Shown here piece after piece: positions 58,501-64,000 of a stretch of 64,000 nt of DNA. Position 1 is the first letter of the stretch; every line of letters starts with the position of its first letter. The translations under genes and the position numbers were made by a program. Source of the DNA: a virus. The stretch covers positions 9,504-73,503 of the IMG/VR virus record IMGVR_UViG_3300014541_000001; one strand, given 5' to 3'. A model generated the notes under the pieces. That model did not search any database. It had not been told where the DNA came from and was given only the letters and a program-made list of their open reading frames with translations.

Positions 58501-59802
58501 GATAGAAGTCTTCCTGCATCTAATGGATGGTCTCTTAATGTTCCTGATGTTACAGAAAGCAAACCTTATATATGGTTAATCCAAGCAAGAATAAGTCATA
58601 TAGAAAATGGTGACCAAGGATATCTTGAAGGAGAATGGTCATCTCCTATAAGACTTAATGGTATTAATGGTCTTAATGGTACTCAGGGTAAAAAGGGACA
58701 AGTTGTATATCCAGCAGGTGTATATGGCACTGAAATAAGTTATACTACTACAGATACCAAAGCTCCTTATGTATATGACCCAAGTGATGGCAATTTCTAT
58801 GTACTTAATGCCGTAATGACTTGGAAGGGAAGTGAACAGAATAATAAGACTCCATCACAGAGTTATGCAGAATCTCAAGGTTCATATTGGCTAAGGTTTG
58901 ATGCCTATGAAGCTGTCTATGCTAAGATTGGTATTATAGCTAATGGTCTTATAGGTTCAGCAGTATTCAATGGTAACTATATGTTCAGTCAACAAGGAAC
59001 AGATGCTAATGGCAATCCTTCAAGTAATTATGAAGATTTCACTGGGGATGATAATTCACCATTTAAGCCTAACTTACTTATTGATTTCAATACTGGAGAT
59101 TTAACATATAAAGGGGTATCACAGATACTAGCTTATCATATGGAAGAGAATGAGAGGTTAGATATTAATAATGAGTTTCCATATAATAAGATTATAGCAG
59201 CTGAAGGTTGCACTATTGGATTTAAGAATAGTAATAGATATAACCCACGTAGAATAGAAGTAGAAGGAGCATGTACTTATAGCTATGCGTTAACAGGAAC
59301 GTATGTTAATAATGTTAAACTTGATACCTCTCTAGAATATGTAAAAATAATGGAGAGTATAACTATTGAGTATCCAGAGGATGGTCAAATATATGCTTAT
59401 AACACACCAGATTTATTTACTAAAACTGGTAGATTTGGTGAATTTAGTATAGTAGCTAACAACATGGTTGGTGTAATAACTGCCAATACTATATTTGGAA
59501 GTCAAAATGTTGCTCAGATAATGTTTTCAAATAATACAGCAGGTATAGTTGTTCTAAAGAATGATAAAAGAAGAGTGTTATATCCCTTTGATATCAGTAC
59601 TGTTTTGCCTGTAAGATTATCAAGAGCTAGTTTAGATTATGCAAAAGGAAAATGGTGGGATGTTCAAGCTCAACTTCAGATAAGACGTAATACTTCTAAT
59701 ACTGCAAATGAAGTTTCATTTGTAGTACAATACCCAAGTGAAGTCAGAAATCTTGAAGACGATGTTATATCATGCTCTGGGCAACTATTAGTAGCAGGAT
59801 AA
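55579..59802 (+). CDS. large tail fibre/tailspike with beta-helix region and collagen-like G-X-Y repeats
   Basis: GEDGKDGTNGTDGKDA, GRDGQDGQDGQDGTAQDG, GERGPQGNTGPAGKDGATGSQGIAGIPG; 1407 aa. Confidence 0.6.
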   Translation: MRRFNTIIESANPPGRNQLWIDHKKLRYFSEDRWQLLGGGEINPPEISDHDTWIIEGVDTGKPSRGEKGQTGEAGPTPLFRTTDTAVEYSYDGIEWEQLVPLTDFQIHNNPDEEDITTVDGKLKLKDKAYLTSQFSGLGRVYLRKNIQGGKNILTQEMINAENTLYSIQYDYDLNGATITIPNNSMLYFFGGSLKNGTLSLPFSPTVLEGRVKMTQVTVNYTAGNYSLNDNNTLCLNCLDLPSHLSKYNLPTDGVTDCAPYLNGLFEELAKNNYNNQRRNIIVIIPEITKGLVAKSTIECRCKYIEVRLSSNIRFDFSDIVLTDNSSVTRHCFYFNGGVIKFVGMPNAGVYPTIDGGIDTVQGIKEANASANFHSNTVYIIGQISAELQGVKVTNGFNNVQVASPNNVQVNNVYSTLAKYDNGIHVSAIESSSGKITTRAIVSNCLVEGAKDIGIDVSTPSAIVQNCVCRNCGNNDGYNAGGGFGVEFLQTVPEVINIMFLNCTAKDCNNYGFYTACGGITYNGCTVDGVIATTSAYPNNVYQLRTGTAFLNEGKENLNADTLIRVDNCNIKGAQHVVHLRESKASANIYNSICNTVNFALAESDANKVYLSEDSSATYQTLYLTSFNNNGIAYKKCILWVPKGISLDRPSSPEVGMQFFDTTIGKPVWWTGTQWMEASSGSTGATGNSTKVMYAKTSSPNVTPVVISDNINPGSIWGTAIPSRTSTEAIWGIQASVTADNQLASPWEGPYLMTGINGEDGKDGTNGTDGKDAVTPNWYTYVFKLSDSKPSGPTSNDPNNPGNGWLDYPNANGNWWQCIGTVNGVTGKVTEWSEVIPLNGRDGQDGQDGQDGTAQDGRYTEFRFAKTTGSTPSLNKTLRDPSGWTVAFPTISEGEILWMIKAVINPDDTLYTNWDGPIRISGERGPQGNTGPAGKDGATGSQGIAGIPGVDIELRYSLGTSTTYDASWNSRIQSDRSLPASNGWSLNVPDVTESKPYIWLIQARISHIENGDQGYLEGEWSSPIRLNGINGLNGTQGKKGQVVYPAGVYGTEISYTTTDTKAPYVYDPSDGNFYVLNAVMTWKGSEQNNKTPSQSYAESQGSYWLRFDAYEAVYAKIGIIANGLIGSAVFNGNYMFSQQGTDANGNPSSNYEDFTGDDNSPFKPNLLIDFNTGDLTYKGVSQILAYHMEENERLDINNEFPYNKIIAAEGCTIGFKNSNRYNPRRIEVEGACTYSYALTGTYVNNVKLDTSLEYVKIMESITIEYPEDGQIYAYNTPDLFTKTGRFGEFSIVANNMVGVITANTIFGSQNVAQIMFSNNTAGIVVLKNDKRRVLYPFDISTVLPVRLSRASLDYAKGKWWDVQAQLQIRRNTSNTANEVSFVVQYPSEVRNLEDDVISCSGQLLVAG

Positions 59803-60338
59803 ATCATATGTTAACACAGGAAGAATTAAAAAGAATACAGTCATATCTTTTACAAAATGCTATAAAGGATACTCAACTTAAGGAGGCTGCATTGCCTCTG
59901 AAAGGTGATGAAATTTTAGCTATTGTACAAGATAATAAGAATGTTAAGATTACCATATCTGACCTAGGTTCAGTGTCAAATAGTGGTAATGCAGGTTCAA
60001 GACCTGATAATCCAATCATAGGTACTCAATACTTTGATACAACTCTACAGAAGCTGATTGTATTTAATGGGGAGATATGGATGGATACTATGGGTAATCC
60101 AGCAGATGCACCAAATATTGGAACAACAAATGACAAACCACAAGATGTACAGGTAGGATTCATATTCTACGATATAGAGGAAGAACACTTTGTAATTTGG
60201 AATGGTCAAGATTGGGTTCCTGTTTGTTGTGGAGGTGGAAGTATATTAATGGTTACTCCTCCAAATTTGGATTATCCTGATAAAGGGAGTACAAAAGAAA
60301 TCACTATCAAGACAGACGATAAGTGGAGTATAACATAA
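59772..60338 (+). CDS. hypothetical tail-associated protein ending in a BACON-like start (..TDDKWSIT)
   Basis: 188-aa ORF. Confidence 0.4.
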   Translation: MLWATISSRINHMLTQEELKRIQSYLLQNAIKDTQLKEAALPLKGDEILAIVQDNKNVKITISDLGSVSNSGNAGSRPDNPIIGTQYFDTTLQKLIVFNGEIWMDTMGNPADAPNIGTTNDKPQDVQVGFIFYDIEEEHFVIWNGQDWVPVCCGGGSILMVTPPNLDYPDKGSTKEITIKTDDKWSIT

Positions 60339-60357
60339 CAATTATTAGTAAAAGAAA

Positions 60358-60960
60358 ATGGCAAAACCAGCATGGATAACAGCTAGTCCTACATCGGGTA
60401 CAGGTAATGGTACATCAAGCATAACTGCACCAGCATATACAGGTAGGAATCAAAGAACAGGAACAATTACTGTTACTACAAATGGGGGACAAACAGCTAC
60501 AGTAGCTGTCACTCAATCAGCTTTGGCTGCATTTGTTACAGCAGGAGGAAATCAAAGTATTTCAGCTACAGCTACAACAGCCACTGTCACATTTACATCA
60601 AATGTACAAGCATTTAAGGTTACACCAACAGGAGGAGCTTCTATTACTTCTGTTAAGGTAAATGGTACAACAGTTACTGCTTCAGGTGGTGTATATACAC
60701 CATCAGGAGACCCCGGTGGAAGTGCTCAGTATATTGTTGCAATAGCAGTATCAGTACCAGCTAACACAACAATAACTGCAAAAACTTTCACAGTTAAACT
60801 TGAACATAGTACTACTGCAAGCATAAGTGGAACAGTTACTATTAACCAGTCAGCAGGAAGTTCTTCAATATCAGTAAACCCAACAAGGTTAACATTTGCA
60901 GCTGGAGGTGAAACTAAGACAATTAACATTACTTCTAATGATAGTTGGACTATTTCATAA
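60358..60960 (+). CDS. tandem BACON-domain protein
   Basis: AWITASPTSGTGNGTSSITAPAYTGRNQRTGTITV...; repeats end ..TSNDSWTIS. Confidence 0.55.
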   Translation: MAKPAWITASPTSGTGNGTSSITAPAYTGRNQRTGTITVTTNGGQTATVAVTQSALAAFVTAGGNQSISATATTATVTFTSNVQAFKVTPTGGASITSVKVNGTTVTASGGVYTPSGDPGGSAQYIVAIAVSVPANTTITAKTFTVKLEHSTTASISGTVTINQSAGSSSISVNPTRLTFAAGGETKTINITSNDSWTIS

Positions 60961-60980
60961 TTATTAGGGTAATTAAAAGT

Positions 60981-61016
60981 AAATGACTTTTGCTATTGCA
61001 GAAGTCATTTTTCTTA
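60981..61016 (+). terminator. intrinsic terminator (plus strand)
   Basis: AAATGACTTTTGC-TATT-GCAGAAGTCATTT followed by TTTTCTT. Confidence 0.55.
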
Positions 61017-61018
61017 TA
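61007..61018 (+). promoter_or_regulatory. Bacteroidetes-type -7 promoter box TATAccTTTGCA
   Basis: 33 nt upstream of ATG 61051. Confidence 0.45.
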
Positions 61019-61050
61019 TACCTTTGCATAAATAACTAATACTTTATATC

Positions 61051-61311
61051 ATGAAAGAGAATATTATAATTAACCAAGATATGAAGGTGCAATCCCTTCA
61101 AGTATCTAAGATAAAGAATATACCAGCAGGCAACTTTGCACCCGGATTAATGTTTCTATTAAAGAACATTACAGAGGATAATATCTCTATTGAGATAAGA
61201 CCTGCTGGACAAGAGGAATTCATTACTACAGTTTTATATCCCGGATGGAATGTAGAACTAGTTAGTGCTGTTAACAATGTAACTGAAAACACATTACAAT
61301 ATGGTTTCTAG
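61051..61311 (+). CDS. hypothetical protein
   Basis: 86-aa ORF. Confidence 0.4.
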   Translation: MKENIIINQDMKVQSLQVSKIKNIPAGNFAPGLMFLLKNITEDNISIEIRPAGQEEFITTVLYPGWNVELVSAVNNVTENTLQYGF

Positions 61312-61777
61312 AACAGGTATAGGAGCAGGTATTGGTATTCCTTTTAAGAATAATGCCTTAAAGGGGGATAAACCTTATCTTCCTCCTGAAATTAAAGATA
61401 GTCTAAAAGCAGTAGTGATTGCTTATGGAAAGACTAATAATGATTCTGATAGAGCTATAGTTAAGAACTTGGTAGACCCCGACAACCCGTTCATCATTAG
61501 CAACGCAGTTTTCAAGCTCAACAGCGGATTTGGAGGTTTTGTAGAAGATTTTACTTCATGGGATAGAATAGATAGTAGTACTGTCGAAATTTCCAATGAT
61601 GGTAGTAAGATAAAATGTATAAATACTACACTTAATGTTCAGTATCTTTTTAATTCTATTAATAGGGATATCCCATCTTTTAAAGTTAAGATTTCAAATT
61701 TTACAAAAGGCGATATTACTTATTACTATCGTAAAGAGGACGGAATAGAAGCATTTTTTAAAATTACCCCCCCTTAG
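61301..61777 (+). CDS. hypothetical protein; ends 2 nt after a C7 tract (N-terminal part of a possibly frameshifted fibre gene)
   Basis: ..FFKITPP* with ccccccc at 61767-61773. Confidence 0.45.
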   Translation: MVSRTGIGAGIGIPFKNNALKGDKPYLPPEIKDSLKAVVIAYGKTNNDSDRAIVKNLVDPDNPFIISNAVFKLNSGFGGFVEDFTSWDRIDSSTVEISNDGSKIKCINTTLNVQYLFNSINRDIPSFKVKISNFTKGDITYYYRKEDGIEAFFKITPP

Positions 61778-64000
61778 TGTAGTTAATTCTGATAAAGTAA
61801 TAGAATTACCTAAGTCATATAATACTGTTGAAAATGGAACAGGTGGTAGGGGAGGATTTTATTCTTCTAATATAAATATTGGAGTAACTATCGAGCAAAT
61901 CCCCTCTTTTGAAGGAGCATTCGTCACCGACGGAGTTAACGACCTGATTACTTCCACCAAGACCGTACAGGAGATGGGTATTACTAATGAGGTTACAGTC
62001 GTTAGTATGATTCATCAAATTAATGCTAATAAAAATTTTACTACTACAAATAATCTTAGAAGTGAAAGTAGAGTTATAGGTAGAAATACAGTTACCAATA
62101 TAGGTAAAACTGGAATATATGGATGGTACAAAGAAGACCTTAAAGGAACAACTGCAACTCTAATAAGTAATATATTAGGAGATAAGAATGACTATACAGG
62201 GCATTATATAGAAAGCACTAATCCAATCACTAATTCTAAGTTTTATGTAACGGGTTATGCTGTTGAAAATGGTTTTACTGAATTATCTTCCGTTGCTTGG
62301 TACTGGACAATCATCGCCAACAAGGTACTGACTTCCGACCAAATCAATCAGGTTATCGCCTACTTTAACTTGGATAGATGCGTTGAGCCTACTGTACTGT
62401 ATGATGTTAAGAGACAGGGGTTATCTAACGATACTCCGGATTCTGATTGGTATCTGAAAGACTATTCCGGTAATGGGTATGATATGACATTATACAACTA
62501 TGCCAAAACCCCAGAAAGCGGAATTAATGAAGATGGAGGATTGCAATCTGACGGAGTAGAGGACTATGGTAAAGTAACAGGGCTGCCGATTTACAAGGAT
62601 TATACAGTGGTTGCTGACTACGAAAGATTTAATATAGAAAACATTGAAGGCATTGGTACTCCCCCTGTATTATCTAAATCTTATACTGCTGGACAAGGTT
62701 CTTTCATTATGAACTTTATTGCTAGTACTGAAAATAGCATTCGTTCATATTCTTTTGGAGCAGAAAATACTAGAAATTTTAGTGACTTAGCTAGACAGAT
62801 TTTTTATCAATCTAAGTACAAGAGTCAAGGATTTGACATAACTGCTGGTACAGGTATTGATGGTGATTCTTTGTGGTTAGGCACAGTAAGAGATAACGAT
62901 AGCCGTTTCTTTAACGGAGCTATCTACTCTCTCATGACTTTCCCCTATAGTATGTCTGAGTTCCTCATCGAACGTCAGCTAAAGAAGCACAAGCTGGGTA
63001 CGCTGTATCCTAATATGGTTGAATTTAGACCTGTTATTAAGAGTAATGCTTCGTATGACAATATCGTATTTTATTATAAAAATGAGAAAGTAGAAAATGG
63101 GACTTATCTTACGGTTGGTTCTTCTATTGGTATGCACATACGTTTAAGTAGTAATTCTGTTAATGAAATAAAATCTATTACTATTAATGGAATTCCAGCT
63201 ACTTTTAATTTTCATGATGTTAATAATAACATATATCAATATGATTTCAATCTAACTTCCAAGTCCCCTCAAAAGATAAACATCACAATTGACGAGTACA
63301 TCAGATACGAGGACATTGTTCAGCCATATCCAGTTCTATTGAGATTCAAGGATGAGAATGGTAATGAAGTATCTTGGGGAGGTAAATTCAAAGTTGGTTC
63401 TACTATTACTAGAATAGGTAGTATTGCTGACCCTGAAAGCAATCTATTAAATGGTTTATATTCTATTTCAGGATTGTCTTTAAATGGTAAAGGTGTTACT
63501 AGTACTACTAGTATCGTTGAAAAGCAAATGGTATTTAAAACTATTGCAACTTATCTTCTTGACAATAATGAACCTAAATGTATTCTTTCTCCTAGACTAT
63601 TGAGAATACCTAACCCTAGTTATAAGATATTAGGTTACATTCCCGATATATCCGGTCATGGTAATCATGGAGTTATTCATAACTCGGCTTATGCAGAAGG
63701 AAGTGGAGTAAATGAAGATGGTTCATACCAGTTGGATGGTGTAGATGACCATATTACTATTCCTACTTTGTCTAGTGGAGGTAAGCAGGTGTTAATGAAA
63801 GTGAATTTGCCAAGATTAAATGAGAGTATCTATGACCAAAGAAAAGAAACAAACACTTACACTTTTGCTATTCTAACAACACCGTCCCAATTTGCTTATG
63901 ATCAAAGGAATAGTGAAAGAATTACGTATATTGATGGCATCTTAAACACAAATATTATAGCAGAACAACTAATGGGTGTAACTCACAATATTGTAGTTAT
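61749..64000 (+). CDS. 3'-partial tail fibre protein with two LamG/ConA-like lectin domains; no in-frame start near its 5' end
   Basis: Manual translation in frame 0 from 61749 is stop-free to the window end (>740 aa); motifs NEDGGLQSDGVEDYGKVTGLP and NEDGSYQLDGVDDHITIPTL. Confidence 0.55.

Noticed and set aside
61815-62018. Minus-strand 67-aa ORF
   Set aside because: Antisense to the long stop-free plus-strand fibre ORF.
1-64000. CRISPR arrays, integrase/attachment sites, a diversity-generating retroelement, and stop-codon recoding
   Set aside because: No spacer-repeat arrays, no tyrosine/serine recombinase motifs and no reverse transcriptase were found. The long structural ORFs (TerL, portal, 1407-aa fibre) are uninterrupted in the standard code, so there is no evidence of TAG/TGA reassignment.

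Overview
The window looks like a lytic dsDNA phage genome of a Bacteroidota-infecting, crAss-like (Crassvirales-type) virus. Evidence for the host: AT-rich sequence, Bacteroidetes-type -7 promoter boxes (TTAnnTTTGCA) and BACON-domain proteins. Layout: about 41 kb of minus-strand genes (1..41052) form the replication, nucleotide-metabolism and lysis module. That module includes a family A DNA polymerase, TOPRIM primase, DnaB-like and SF2 helicases, AAA ATPase, anaerobic RNR NrdD/NrdG, ThyX, dUTPase, UDG, PD-(D/E)XK nucleases, a GH73 endolysin and a membrane/lipoprotein cluster. It ends at a divergent strand-switch region (41053..41546). Downstream on the plus strand lie a 23-gene tRNA array (42641..47403) interspersed with HNH endonucleases and small ORFs, then the morphogenesis module. 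That module has TerL, a putative portal, collagen-like/beta-helix tail fibres, BACON-domain proteins and a LamG-type fibre running off the window end. The most unusual content is in five places. (i) A Ro60-like TROVE+vWA protein sits immediately upstream of two tRNA-like RNAs that share a conserved ~55-nt structured insert; I read these as candidate YrlA-type Y RNAs (35008..36417 and 34456..34757). (ii) An adjacent E1-like (ThiF/MoeB) and JAB/JAMM metalloprotease gene pair lies in the replication module (17614..20255). (iii) There are ten free-standing or fused homing endonucleases: eight HNH, one GIY-YIG and one LAGLIDADG. (iv) Two type-I tRNAs carry leucine-type anticodons, and several tRNA-like genes are degenerate. 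(v) A C7 homopolymer sits at a frame junction in a tail-fibre gene. All calls are from reading motifs in the supplied translations and sequence; no database searches were run.
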